Below are positions 7,202 through 16,554 of a DNA stretch of 31,927 nt, piece by piece (the first letter of the stretch is position 1; each line of letters begins with the position of its first letter). Source of the stretch: a virus; the IMG/VR virus record IMGVR_UViG_3300016484_000064, positions 1-31,927 of that record. One strand, 5' to 3'. Both the position numbers and the translations under genes were made by a program. The notes below the pieces were generated by a model. That model was given only the letters and a program-made list of their open reading frames with translations, was not told the DNA's origin and made no database searches.

Positions 7202-9052
7202 TTATAATGTTGCGTTTTTGATTCTGTTGCGGTCAAGTGCCTGAGCAGATGTAACCTCTCCTGAAACTACAAATGCTTGTACAGGCGTTTGCTGAATTTG
7301 AGCAAGCTGATTCATACCTGAGTTACCTACCACGTTAAAGTTTGGTGTATTACCACCACCACCTGTTCCGCCTTCTGACAAACCACCACCACCTGATGGA
7401 GAGCCACCTGCTTTTAATGCTGATAAACCTTTAGCGGTTGCTGCAATTTGTGCCGCAATAGAAATACCTGCTCCAATGTTATTTCTAATGATTAATGCTT
7501 CTGCAGCAGCAACTGACGCACCACCTGATGTTATAGCTAAAGCCGTTCCTTGCGCTCTTGCTGCTTGGTTAGCTGCTTTTGTACTTAGAATTGTTTTTGC
7601 TATACTAACTGCATTTTCCGCTATTAATGCTGCTGCTTGAACTTTTTTGTTATTCTCAAATAAATTTTTAACTAAGTTTATTCCTGCAAAAATGTTATTA
7701 AAATCTGCTTCACGTATTGCAGCCATTGTTTCTGCAACTGCCTTTTCAGCTTCTATTTTATCTGCATCAGCTTTTGCTTTGGCTTCTTTTTCTTTTTCTC
7801 TTGCTTCTTCTTGTTGCTTATAAGCAATATCCTGATATTTTAGATTAATATCATTTATTTCATTGAGTTTAGCAATTTCTATCTCTTTTAAAGCATCTGC
7901 GTTTCCTTTAGCTCGTGTTTCTAGTTCAAAATATTTATCCTGAACTAATCTAATTTCTCTATCTTGTTCCGATAGCGAGTTTAAATAATTTTGTTCAGCA
8001 ATATCTTCTAATGCTTTATCTAATTCTTGTTGCTGCTCGATAGCATTTCTTTTAGCTTCTGCCGCAAATTTCGCAGATTCACTTTTACGCTCTTTGTAAG
8101 CGTCGCTTCTATCTTTCTTGTCTTGCGCTCGTAATTGTTCTCTAGTGTAGCGTTCTTGTTGCAGAGTTGCTCTTTCTTCTTCTATTTGTTGTTTTAATTC
8201 TCTCCGTCTTTCTACTGCATATTTCTTGTTATTGCCTTTTAGACTTTCGAGTTCGTCGTAAGCTGCCGCATATCTCTCTGCTGATAGTTTGCTTAATTTT
8301 TCGCTTTTTTCAATCTCAAGTTTAGTAGTGTCTTTGCTATTTATTTGAGCTAATGCAATTTCATTATCGTAATATCTTGAAGTAGCTTCGCTTCGTTTTT
8401 TAGAAGATGCTATTACCGTGTCATTAGCCTTAGAAATTCTCTTTGCATTGTCTTCAACTACCTTTGCATTTCGAATAGCAGCATTATTAGTGAATCCTAA
8501 CCAATCCGTAAAATCTTCAAAAGCTCGAGTAACTTGCTTAACGTTTTGCATTAAATAAACAAGACCACTAACTAAAGCCAAAATACCTACGGAAGTAAAT
8601 ATTTTTGAAGCGGTTGTCATACCTGCAAAAGCATTTTTAACAACTGCGCCTAATTGAACGAAGCTATCTTTAGCCTCCATTGCTCCCTGAATACCCTGAG
8701 ACAATGCCATTGCTGACTGAACTTTAAGCAATGTCTTTTGTAAGGCTTCACTTTCTACACCAACTAAACCAATAGCACCCTCAAATGCTTGGAATCCATC
8801 TAATGCTCCGCCGATTGAACGACTTAAAGCATTAAACTTGGCATCAGGATTAAACGCATCAGTCAAGTTCTTGGCATCCTCTATTCTATCCTTTAATTCT
8901 GCGGCTCTCTTTGCAGCATTGGCAGCCTCTGCTGATGTAGCACCAAATTTATCGGATAGCGCAGCAACTTCTGCTTGTGCTTGTCTTAATTGACTTTTTA
9001 AAGAGCCTAAGTTGGTTTTTATGTCAAGATTTACTGTTTTAGTCTCTGCCAT
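7202..9052 (-). CDS. Tape measure protein
   Basis: 616-aa ORF, Ala/Gln/Lys/Glu-rich with long coiled coils and a hydrophobic segment (IFTSVGILALVSGLVYL). A Gly-rich tract (GGSPSGGGGLSEGGTGGGG) lies near the C-terminus. Confidence 0.75.
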   Translation of the reverse strand: MAETKTVNLDIKTNLGSLKSQLRQAQAEVAALSDKFGATSAEAANAAKRAAELKDRIEDAKNLTDAFNPDAKFNALSRSIGGALDGFQAFEGAIGLVGVESEALQKTLLKVQSAMALSQGIQGAMEAKDSFVQLGAVVKNAFAGMTTASKIFTSVGILALVSGLVYLMQNVKQVTRAFEDFTDWLGFTNNAAIRNAKVVEDNAKRISKANDTVIASSKKRSEATSRYYDNEIALAQINSKDTTKLEIEKSEKLSKLSAERYAAAYDELESLKGNNKKYAVERRRELKQQIEEERATLQQERYTREQLRAQDKKDRSDAYKERKSESAKFAAEAKRNAIEQQQELDKALEDIAEQNYLNSLSEQDREIRLVQDKYFELETRAKGNADALKEIEIAKLNEINDINLKYQDIAYKQQEEAREKEKEAKAKADADKIEAEKAVAETMAAIREADFNNIFAGINLVKNLFENNKKVQAAALIAENAVSIAKTILSTKAANQAARAQGTALAITSGGASVAAAEALIIRNNIGAGISIAAQIAATAKGLSALKAGGSPSGGGGLSEGGTGGGGNTPNFNVVGNSGMNQLAQIQQTPVQAFVVSGEVTSAQALDRNRIKNATL

Positions 9053-9200
9053 TTTGTTTGTTTATGAGTTCTCTTTTACCTTGTTTAATTGCTTTTTTCA
9101 GAGACGTGTGTAACTTGTATTTACCCTTTGCTATGTCTATGGCTTCCGTGTTTCCGTAGAAGTCATCTAATTGCAGCATTGCGACTATTTGTTGTATCAT
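9039..9200 (-). CDS. Small hypothetical protein, 53 aa (MIQQIVAMLQLDDFYGNTEAIDIAKGKYKLHTSLKKAIKQGKRELINKQNGRD)
   Basis: Its ATG overlaps the TGA of the 756-aa gene (ATGA at 9197..9200), and its stop overlaps the tape-measure start by 14 nt. It fills the whole gap. Below the ORF-track cutoff. Confidence 0.5.
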   Translation of the reverse strand: MIQQIVAMLQLDDFYGNTEAIDIAKGKYKLHTSLKKAIKQGKRELINKQNGRD

Positions 9201-11467
9201 TGGAAGATGTTAAAATATTCTGTGGAAGTAGTTCCATTTAAATAACTATAGTCTACTCGAATTGTATAAACCGAGCCTGCTGAACCTGCAGGAATACCTA
9301 TCTGAACTATCTGAGAACTCTCTACAGGATTTACCGAAAAGGTTACATCTGAATTGTCGCAGAACAAATTAGCCTCGTAAGAATCGTTTGGCAGGTTAAT
9401 TGGATAGTTTACATTACCTCCTTCAGTTCCCGTTTTAGGTTGTGGGATAGTTGAGTTGATAATCGGTCTAAAATCTAAAATTAACTGAAAGTCTACATCG
9501 CCTGTATTTAGGTTAGACTTCATTTCGTTGATGATGTATCGTTTATCTCGGATGATTAATCTATCATTTAACTGAAGGTTTGTAAGTAGGCTTGTAGGTA
9601 GGTTCGTCTTTACGTTGACCAATCGTTGCTTGAGATTGTAAAGGTTGTATAGGTATGAAAAGTAATACTGACTGAACTGCGTATTTTGTACGGGTGTATT
9701 CAGCATCGTTGATGTCTCAGGAGCAAAGTTGAGCGTTATATCTGAATTGTTGAAATATAAGTCTTGACCAAATGGCGTGTAAGTAATGATTGTAGAATGT
9801 CCACCACCATCATTGACAAACTTAAAGTCCGTTACTTGGTTGTCATACTGGTAAAACAAAACAGGCTTAGGTACGTATGGCGAAAACTCTCCGTTAAGGG
9901 AATAGCCGATTTGTAGGTCTTGAGTTCCGTTGTATTTGGTTTGTAGTAAGTTTTCGAAAGGTACTTCAATAGTGAACTCACCGCCATCGTAATTATACTG
10001 ATAAGTTGTATCTCCGTAGTTTCGGTTGTAAGTTTGGGAGAAGTTCTTGTTCAGGAAGCACTCAGAATCTTGAAACTTGAACTGAATCTTTTTGTAAAGT
10101 GGCATTCTCTCCATCTCGATGGAAGTTACATCCGTATGTTTAGTAATGTCTACGACTGCGCCTTTTGAATACCAATCGTCTAAAGGCTCAAGCCAATACT
10201 CGTTATCTACAAGTGAGTAAATGGTCATATTGAACATCAGCATAATTCCTTTTAAGAAATCTGCTATTTTCATTACAGGAGCGTTGGCGGATAGGTCAAT
10301 TTGTAAAGACGTAGCTAAAGACGAATAAGTGATTGTCAGATAGTCCGTGTTTACAGAGCCTGTCGTTATGTAGTCAACTTCGTAAACTAAGTTAGAGCCT
10401 ATTGTGTTTGTTCCTGTAGTCCGTATTTTGATAGTGTAGTCAACATCCAATCCTACAACTTGCGCTACATCTGCGATGGTGTAAGTTCCCGTTCCAAAAC
10501 CTGTTATTGTGTTATACAAGTTTCCGTTTTGGTAAATGTCGATAAAATAATCGTCTGAGCTTGTAGTTGAGGTAACATTATAAATCAATCGGTGCGTAAT
10601 TACACCTGCAAGTTCAATAAAGTTTACCGTGTTAGTTGCCGAAGTATAGCGTTGTGTTAAATCGTAGTTTGTAAACGTAGGAACAACAGAAGTAGATGTC
10701 AGCGAGTATCCGTATGAAGTTTTGACAAGCGTTTCCTTACCCTTAAACCATAAGAACAATTTAGTAAATCGCTCATCAGTTAGAAATGTACCGTTGAAGG
10801 TAATTCCGTATTTTGATTCGATGGCTTCAAGAATCTTGGTAACTCTAACCGCAGGAAATAATTCGTCTTTATTTATCGCTCCTGATGTGGTGTGAATATC
10901 GTTTTGAGTTATGGTAGCAACTAACCAATTCGGAAGCGGTATATTTACAGGTGTACTCTGATACTCCCAAATGCGATTAGACGTGATTAGCGGGTACTTT
11001 ACATCGTAAGCGTTGGTATTGTCTTGGATGCGAGTAATAACTTGCGCAGAAGTAAAATTATGCGATAGTGCCGTATAGTCCAAATCAGATAGTAAATCCT
11101 CTCCGAACAAATCTTTAAGCGTTACTCCTTCTCCAAAGAAAGTTATCTTATAAGCCGATGGTTTGCCGTTTGTGATTACTGCTCCGTCTAATTGTATCTT
11201 ACCCTTACGGAAGGTTGTTAAGTCTATTTCTATGAATCCGTCTTTGCGTATGTTTGGGTCAGTAGTTGCGTTGACGTCTGATTGATACCAATGCTCAAAG
11301 ATTGCATTATTGTGCGAACTCGCAGGAACGGTAAATCCCTGCGAAAAGTCCGTATATGTTTTGGATAGGTCTTGTACGTTTTGAATTGACGATGTTACGT
11401 TGATAGTTTCATCGTTGAAGAGTTCAATGCGCTGACCTTCGATGTATATTGTTACGCTTCTGTTCAT
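9197..11467 (-). CDS. Large tail / baseplate structural protein
   Basis: 756-aa ORF whose start shares a base with the upstream stop (TAATG). It is beta-rich and Asn/Thr/Tyr-rich and lies next to the tape measure gene. Confidence 0.5.
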   Translation of the reverse strand: MNRSVTIYIEGQRIELFNDETINVTSSIQNVQDLSKTYTDFSQGFTVPASSHNNAIFEHWYQSDVNATTDPNIRKDGFIEIDLTTFRKGKIQLDGAVITNGKPSAYKITFFGEGVTLKDLFGEDLLSDLDYTALSHNFTSAQVITRIQDNTNAYDVKYPLITSNRIWEYQSTPVNIPLPNWLVATITQNDIHTTSGAINKDELFPAVRVTKILEAIESKYGITFNGTFLTDERFTKLFLWFKGKETLVKTSYGYSLTSTSVVPTFTNYDLTQRYTSATNTVNFIELAGVITHRLIYNVTSTTSSDDYFIDIYQNGNLYNTITGFGTGTYTIADVAQVVGLDVDYTIKIRTTGTNTIGSNLVYEVDYITTGSVNTDYLTITYSSLATSLQIDLSANAPVMKIADFLKGIMLMFNMTIYSLVDNEYWLEPLDDWYSKGAVVDITKHTDVTSIEMERMPLYKKIQFKFQDSECFLNKNFSQTYNRNYGDTTYQYNYDGGEFTIEVPFENLLQTKYNGTQDLQIGYSLNGEFSPYVPKPVLFYQYDNQVTDFKFVNDGGGHSTIITYTPFGQDLYFNNSDITLNFAPETSTMLNTPVQNTQFSQYYFSYLYNLYNLKQRLVNVKTNLPTSLLTNLQLNDRLIIRDKRYIINEMKSNLNTGDVDFQLILDFRPIINSTIPQPKTGTEGGNVNYPINLPNDSYEANLFCDNSDVTFSVNPVESSQIVQIGIPAGSAGSVYTIRVDYSYLNGTTSTEYFNIFQ

Positions 11468-12516
11468 TAGACTACTGAGTTAATTGTGTCGTATGCGTAT
11501 TCAAATTCAATTTCATAGCTAATCAAAGACGAGTTGATAGATTTCTTTAAGTCTACGGATTTCGTGTTTAGCTTGGCAGCCTTCTTGTCAATCAAGATTC
11601 TTTCGCTTAACATCATTTGCTTAATAACCTCATTGAAGCTCTCAGACACCCAATCAGTATTTACTCGGATGGTTTCCTTTCCGTTGGCGTTAAAAACCTT
11701 TCTCTGACCTTCTTTAGTGTCGTATGCAGGGTACGTATTAGGCATCAAGTTGTACTCCGTGTTTTCAACGCTTAATCCGTTGTACGATGCTTTAAAAAAC
11801 CACTCACGTTGCCAAGCACCAAACTTGTTTACAAAGTCAATCTGAACAGGAGTGTATTTACATTCTTCCTTAGGTACAAAAGTAGCCGTATAAAGCACGT
11901 TAGCAGAGCCGTCAACGATTTCTAATTTGTTTCCTACCGCAGCGTAAGGAGCATAAACTCTTGGAACATCACGCCATACGTTATTAGTCAATCCTGTGGT
12001 ATTGGTTGCTCCTGTGGATAGGTTCGTGTATTTGACTGAGTTGCCACTACCAGTATAAAGCGTTAGCCATCCGTACTCTCCTGAAAGGTTGTAGTTGTAA
12101 GTGTAAGTTGATTGGCTAAGCAAGTAGTTACCTAAAGCAGGATTTGACCCATCTAAGTAGAATCCGTAGCCATCCAAACCAAAGTGAGTTTGAGTAGAAC
12201 CTACCTGAACAAAACTTGTCGTTACTTTCTTGAATAACTTCAGACCTACGTTGCACCATTGAGCAGAAGGAGTAGCCGTAATTACCGTTGTAATCGTTTG
12301 TAGCGATGCGTGTGATATGTACTCTCTGATGTACGGAGAAATGTCGTAGTAAGTTGCAGGACTATTTGAAGACGGAATGAGCTTAGAAAGCGTATATGAA
12401 GGCGAGGCAGGCATTGAGCCAGTACCATTCCAAAGGTAGATTTCTAATTTAGTTTCTATCTGCCCTGTTTCGTTTATTGTTACGATGTAAGGACTCCTTG
12501 CGTTTATGTTAGCCAT
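11467..12516 (-). CDS. Tail structural protein
   Basis: 349-aa ORF between the gp10-like gene and the 756-aa tail protein. The composition is beta-rich. Confidence 0.45.
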   Translation of the reverse strand: MANINARSPYIVTINETGQIETKLEIYLWNGTGSMPASPSYTLSKLIPSSNSPATYYDISPYIREYISHASLQTITTVITATPSAQWCNVGLKLFKKVTTSFVQVGSTQTHFGLDGYGFYLDGSNPALGNYLLSQSTYTYNYNLSGEYGWLTLYTGSGNSVKYTNLSTGATNTTGLTNNVWRDVPRVYAPYAAVGNKLEIVDGSANVLYTATFVPKEECKYTPVQIDFVNKFGAWQREWFFKASYNGLSVENTEYNLMPNTYPAYDTKEGQRKVFNANGKETIRVNTDWVSESFNEVIKQMMLSERILIDKKAAKLNTKSVDLKKSINSSLISYEIEFEYAYDTINSVV

Positions 12517-13036
12517 TTTGTTTTAATATTTGGTCTACTTGTTCATTGAATAACTTGATAGCGTCTAATCCGTATTTTTCTACGAGTTCCTCAGGTAATC
12601 TTTTGTACGCAGCTTCGAATGGCTTAGTAAAAAACAGGCTTCGTTTTAGTCCCTTGTTAAAGATGCTCCGTGCAATTGCAAACTTCATTCCCGTTCTTTT
12701 TACGAACTTTCCTGAGCTATCTCTCGGAGACAATCCCTTGCGTCTAATCCATACATCCAAAGACTTTAACATCTTTGCGTTAGGATGTCCTTTTCGGAAG
12801 CTATACTTAGAGCCGTGTTTTTTCTTTAGTCCGTTGACACCTGCATCTTGATAAATGCCATAGTCCTCCATCATAAATTCGATGGAGATACTATTTGGCA
12901 TCGTCTTGACTTTTCCTTTTAGTGACTTGTATAACTTGCCGTCAGATTTCTTTAACCTTACAAGGTTTTTCTTTGAGGCTTCAATTACATAGTCTCTAAA
13001 GCGTTCTAACTCCTTCTGAACTTCAGTCTTCTGCAT
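12509..13036 (-). CDS. HK97 gp10-like head-tail joining / tail completion protein
   Basis: 175-aa basic ORF. SDGKLYKSLKGKV...IEFMMEDYGIYQDAGVNG resembles the gp10-family core (tG.L..s...YG...e.G). Confidence 0.5.
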   Translation of the reverse strand: MQKTEVQKELERFRDYVIEASKKNLVRLKKSDGKLYKSLKGKVKTMPNSISIEFMMEDYGIYQDAGVNGLKKKHGSKYSFRKGHPNAKMLKSLDVWIRRKGLSPRDSSGKFVKRTGMKFAIARSIFNKGLKRSLFFTKPFEAAYKRLPEELVEKYGLDAIKLFNEQVDQILKQNG

Positions 13037-13160
13037 CCGTGTTTTCCTCCGCCTTAGAAGCAGCGTTCAAGATGTTTAATACTGGCACTCCAAACTTCAT
13101 CGGCATCTCTGCCAAGATTGCTTCAAGTTGCTTTACTTGTTCTTCATTTAATGTAATCAT
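13023..13160 (-). CDS. Small hypothetical protein, 45 aa (MITLNEEQVKQLEAILAEMPMKFGVPVLNILNAASKAEENTDAED)
   Basis: ATG at 13160. The stop overlaps the gp10-like gene start by 14 nt. The sequence looks helical and it fills a 140-nt gap. The opposite-strand track ORF 13039..13275 looks spurious. Confidence 0.5.
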   Translation of the reverse strand: MITLNEEQVKQLEAILAEMPMKFGVPVLNILNAASKAEENTDAED

Positions 13161-13178
13161 ATTGCGTGTTTTTATAGG

Positions 13179-13448
13179 TTACAAAATTACTACTCCGATA
13201 GCCTCAGCTACATACTCATTCACTACGTTGTTGTCTTGTCCCCAAGCGGCAAACTGCTCATCTGTTAAGGTGTAGTTACCTTGAGATAACTGCTGACTCT
13301 CTTCAGTAAGCAACTGCCAATAAGTAGTGCAAGTTGTAGCTGTAGTTTCAAAATTAAGGACTAAGACAGTCATTGCAACTGCTGTACCTTGATTAAGTGG
13401 GAATACTACGGGTTCGATAGCGATTCCTTGTGTTGGTGTTGTTGTCAT
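13179..13448 (-). CDS. Hypothetical protein (89 aa from the first ATG)
   Basis: The track start at 13472 is a GTG that overlaps the fibre gene. The first ATG, at 13448, lies just after the upstream stop. Confidence 0.55.
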   Translation of the reverse strand: MTTTPTQGIAIEPVVFPLNQGTAVAMTVLVLNFETTATTCTTYWQLLTEESQQLSQGNYTLTDEQFAAWGQDNNVVNEYVAEAIGVVIL

Positions 13449-13462
13449 ATATTTATTATTAA

Positions 13463-14965
13463 TTAAATCCACATTGTGCCGTTGTAATATGAAATTACGT
13501 TAAGCGTTGTATCGTATACCATTAATCCTGCCGCAGGTGTAGCAATGGCGTTCTTTTGCGTTGTTGTCATTCGTGGTGGAAGGAAGCCTCGTGTTGTGGA
13601 TGTAAACTGAGCGCAAGCCGAAGCGTTTAATGTTGTAGAGCCTTGCCAAATACCATTTGCGCTAACAAATAATTGTTGCCCATTTGTATCTGAATCACTT
13701 CCATAAATACTAAATGTACTTCCCGCTACTCCTGAACCTGCTAAGTAAGAACTTATTAGAAGTGAACCTACAATTCTTGTATTCCCACTCACCCTCGCAG
13801 TACCATTCACGTCAAGCCTATAGCCTGCGTCTGTGGTGGTGTTGATGAGGACGTTGCCACCGTAGAATATGCGCATTCTTTCAGCATTATTGGTATATAG
13901 TTTTAATGCTCCTGCACCTAAATATCCATTACCACCAATTTCAGTATCACCAGTTGCACCATCCCATCTCCAAAATGAAGCAACATTATTCAATGTAGCT
14001 ATTTGGAAACCGAATACACCTGAAGAACTTAATCTATTATGAGTAAAATAATTTAATGAACTTTGCAGTCTTGTAGTACCTGCACTTGTTGCAAGTATTC
14101 CTGTAGTCAATAAAACGTCATTCTGCACCCTCGCAGTTCCGTTAACGTCTAAGCGGTAACCTGCATCGGTTGGAAATGTTGCACTTGATTGATTACCTAT
14201 CCAAGTGTTTCCGCTTTTAAATACTATTTGATTGAAATTAAATGCACTTCCTGCGGAATGAGAACCTACCTGATAAGTTCCGCCATTTAATTCGCTTGTG
14301 CTTCTATCGGTAAAAATTTGAATTGAACCTTGTTGAACACCATTGCTTGTCGAACAATTATTCCCAAAAACGGCAAAATAAGACCCGTTGTTAAAAGCTG
14401 AACCACCAAAAACACCAAGTGAATTTGTATTCGATGGAGTATTAACAGAGCCTGAAGCAATAGTTAAAGCACCACTTATTCTTGTAGTTCCGTTAACATC
14501 CAAACCAAAAGACGGACTACTCGTACCAATACCCAAGCGATTGTTAGTAGCATCCCAAAATAAAGACGAACTCTCCTGAACAACATTACCTGCTCCTTCA
14601 AATAACACCCTACCGACTACACCCGAAGTAATAGCAGTAGAACCGATTGTTATTCCTGTGCTTATAGTAAAAGTCCTATCTGCTGAAAGGTCTTGTGTTA
14701 CTCCGTTTATTGTTAGCGTGCGAGAGGTTGGGACTTTCGCATCTAAAGCGTTTTGCAAGTCGGTCTGATTGGACAAAGTTCCTCCGATTGCTCCCCAAGT
14801 CATTGCAGCACTTGCAGAAATCTCCGTGTAAATGCTTCCTGTCCAACGATAAGTCTTGTTGGTATCCTCAGCTATGTAAATAGTTTTTAACGCTCCTGAA
14901 GCAGGAAATGCGGCTAAATTAGCGTAGGTCTTTACTTGTGATGGTATGTTTATGTTTACTGCCAT
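13463..14965 (-). CDS. Tail fibre protein with internal repeats
   Basis: 500-aa Gly/Ser/Thr/Asn-rich ORF. DAGYRLDVNGTARV occurs twice, with a third degenerate copy (FGLDVNGTTRISG). The C-terminus is RGFLPPRMTTTQKNAIATPAAGLMVYDTT...YYNGTMW. Confidence 0.65.
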   Translation of the reverse strand: MAVNINIPSQVKTYANLAAFPASGALKTIYIAEDTNKTYRWTGSIYTEISASAAMTWGAIGGTLSNQTDLQNALDAKVPTSRTLTINGVTQDLSADRTFTISTGITIGSTAITSGVVGRVLFEGAGNVVQESSSLFWDATNNRLGIGTSSPSFGLDVNGTTRISGALTIASGSVNTPSNTNSLGVFGGSAFNNGSYFAVFGNNCSTSNGVQQGSIQIFTDRSTSELNGGTYQVGSHSAGSAFNFNQIVFKSGNTWIGNQSSATFPTDAGYRLDVNGTARVQNDVLLTTGILATSAGTTRLQSSLNYFTHNRLSSSGVFGFQIATLNNVASFWRWDGATGDTEIGGNGYLGAGALKLYTNNAERMRIFYGGNVLINTTTDAGYRLDVNGTARVSGNTRIVGSLLISSYLAGSGVAGSTFSIYGSDSDTNGQQLFVSANGIWQGSTTLNASACAQFTSTTRGFLPPRMTTTQKNAIATPAAGLMVYDTTLNVISYYNGTMWI

Positions 14966-15606
14966 ATCAGATTTATAGTTTGAGTGCTTAATGTTGGGTA
15001 AGTAGATGTTGCTACTTGTGTTCCGTCTATTTGTACGTTGAAGGTTGTGTCAGGTAAAACCAAAGTGCCACCGCTAACAACCGATGCCGTGTAACTTGAG
15101 TCAGAGTTTCTAACCTCAGCACTTGGACAAAACGGAGAGTAGCCGTCAGTTTCGCAGATGGTCATTTCGTTTGGAATCAACACATCAAAAGTCATAGTCC
15201 ACCCTGCAAGGTAGTTTTCGAATCTTTCAGTAAATGGCTCACAGGTAGGATTGCCGTCTACAACGAACTCTAAATCCCACAGGTTTCCGTGTAGCATTTG
15301 GTCGTAAGCTCTGTTTAAGATTGCCAACTGAGTGTTCAGTACATCTTGCTCGTTATAGTTGCCTGTATAAACATCAGTAGTAGCTTTCTTACTAATATCT
15401 ACGATGTCCATAGCAATCAACGAAAGGTTGTAACGCACTACGTTAGTCTCGAAGGACACGTTGTTTGTCATTAAGTGTACAAGCGGAAAGATTGTCTGCT
15501 TGTTGAGGTCTACTTCAAAAATATCCCCTTCCGTAACCGTGTTAACTAACGGGTCATTGTCAAAATGCCATTTAATTAACTCCAATACTCTATAGAATCC
15601 TGTCAT
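14956..15606 (-). CDS. Hypothetical virion (neck or tail) protein
   Basis: 216-aa ORF whose ATG overlaps the TGA of the -1 frame ORF upstream (ATGA at 15603..15606). Confidence 0.45.
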   Translation of the reverse strand: MTGFYRVLELIKWHFDNDPLVNTVTEGDIFEVDLNKQTIFPLVHLMTNNVSFETNVVRYNLSLIAMDIVDISKKATTDVYTGNYNEQDVLNTQLAILNRAYDQMLHGNLWDLEFVVDGNPTCEPFTERFENYLAGWTMTFDVLIPNEMTICETDGYSPFCPSAEVRNSDSSYTASVVSGGTLVLPDTTFNVQIDGTQVATSTYPTLSTQTINLIWQ

Positions 15607-15878
15607 CGTCTTAGTTGTCTTTCAAGTTGTCGTCTTTCAATTTCGTTTTTTTGCTTCTCGAACGTGAGATAGGTGAGACACCGAGTAAGTCTTGATTTGG
15701 TGATTTCGTCAAACTTAGTGATGTCTCCTTTAGCGATTGCATAAAGCGACTGATACCATCCCCATCTTTTGCTAAATTGAGTTGTTTCGCTAAAGTCTGC
15801 GACAGGCTCTTGTCCTTCTTCATCTGCTTCTCCAAATAGTTCAGGGTAGCTTGAAGTAATTCGCTTTCTAAAGTCCAA
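15603..15878 (-). CDS. -1 frame extension reachable from the chaperone-like gene (fusion product of about 254 aa)
   Basis: The frame is open from the slip site to a TGA at 15603..15605, which overlaps the next gene's ATG. It encodes ...FSKRWGWYQSLYAIAKGDITKFDEITKSRLTRCLTYLTFEKQKNEIERRQLE. The track start for this frame is a TTG, so there is no independent ATG. Confidence 0.45.
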   Translation of the reverse strand: MDFRKRITSSYPELFGEADEEGQEPVADFSETTQFSKRWGWYQSLYAIAKGDITKFDEITKSRLTRCLTYLTFEKQKNEIERRQLERQLRR

Positions 15879-16366
15879 AAAAAAAGAGATGCTGAGATGC
15901 AAATGTCTAACGGAGCGAATCGCATTAATTCTTGCATATCTACGCTTGGGTCGTAGTCTTTTATGTCGTACTTTTCTCCTCTTCGTGTTTTGATAGGTCT
16001 GTACAACACCGCCATCGCCTTGTGGAAATTATCCCAACTCTGCAAATGAGAATCTAAATCTACATACTCACCAAATGTTATCTCCTCAAGTTCAGGAATG
16101 AATCCGAACTCTAAATCTCCAATCTTAAATGTCGGTGTAAATTTAGGTTTCTGCTCAAACAATTTCGTGAAGTGTGCTATCAGTTCGTTCAAAGAAGTCA
16201 GCTTAATCTTCGCTACCTCTGCTAATCGTATTCCGCAGAATATCTCAACCATCTTCTGGGCTACAAACTCTTCGTCTGAGGAGTTCTTTTGCACGCTGAG
16301 AAAGTCCTGATAATGCTTTAACGGGATTTCGTTTAGTGTTGATGGTACTTTGATTTGTACTTCCAT
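15611..16366 (-). CDS. Tail-assembly-chaperone-like protein, zero-frame product (251 aa)
   Basis: ATG start. The N-terminal ~160 aa (IPLKHYQDF...FGFIPELEEITFGEYVDLD...AMAVLYRP) resemble phage tail chaperones. It contains the slip site at 15878..15884. Confidence 0.5.
   Translation of the reverse strand: MEVQIKVPSTLNEIPLKHYQDFLSVQKNSSDEEFVAQKMVEIFCGIRLAEVAKIKLTSLNELIAHFTKLFEQKPKFTPTFKIGDLEFGFIPELEEITFGEYVDLDSHLQSWDNFHKAMAVLYRPIKTRRGEKYDIKDYDPSVDMQELMRFAPLDICISASLFFWTLESELLQATLNYLEKQMKKDKSLSQTLAKQLNLAKDGDGISRFMQSLKETSLSLTKSPNQDLLGVSPISRSRSKKTKLKDDNLKDN
15877..15885 (-). promoter_or_regulatory. Slippery homopolymer (U9 on the mRNA) containing the X_XXY_YYZ heptamer U_UUU_UUU
   Basis: The zero frame reads TCT CTT TTT TTT TGG. 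The plus strand has A9 at 15877..15885. Confidence 0.5.
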
Positions 16367-16368
16367 AT

Positions 16369-16554
16369 TTATTTAACTTGTGATTCGTCTTTTTGTAGCA
16401 CATACGCATAAGCCTGAGCCAACATTTGGGTGTGCCTGCGTACATTGAACAGGTCATTAAACACAATTTGCACTTTTCTGCCAGTCTTATCTTTAATATA
16501 CTGCTCTACTACCCTAATCATTTTAGGCAGTTCATCGGATTGCGTATTGTCCAT
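16369..16554 (-). CDS. Hypothetical protein
   Basis: 61-aa ORF with an ATG start that overlaps the TerL 3' end by 23 nt. Confidence 0.5.
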   Translation of the reverse strand: MDNTQSDELPKMIRVVEQYIKDKTGRKVQIVFNDLFNVRRHTQMLAQAYAYVLQKDESQVK

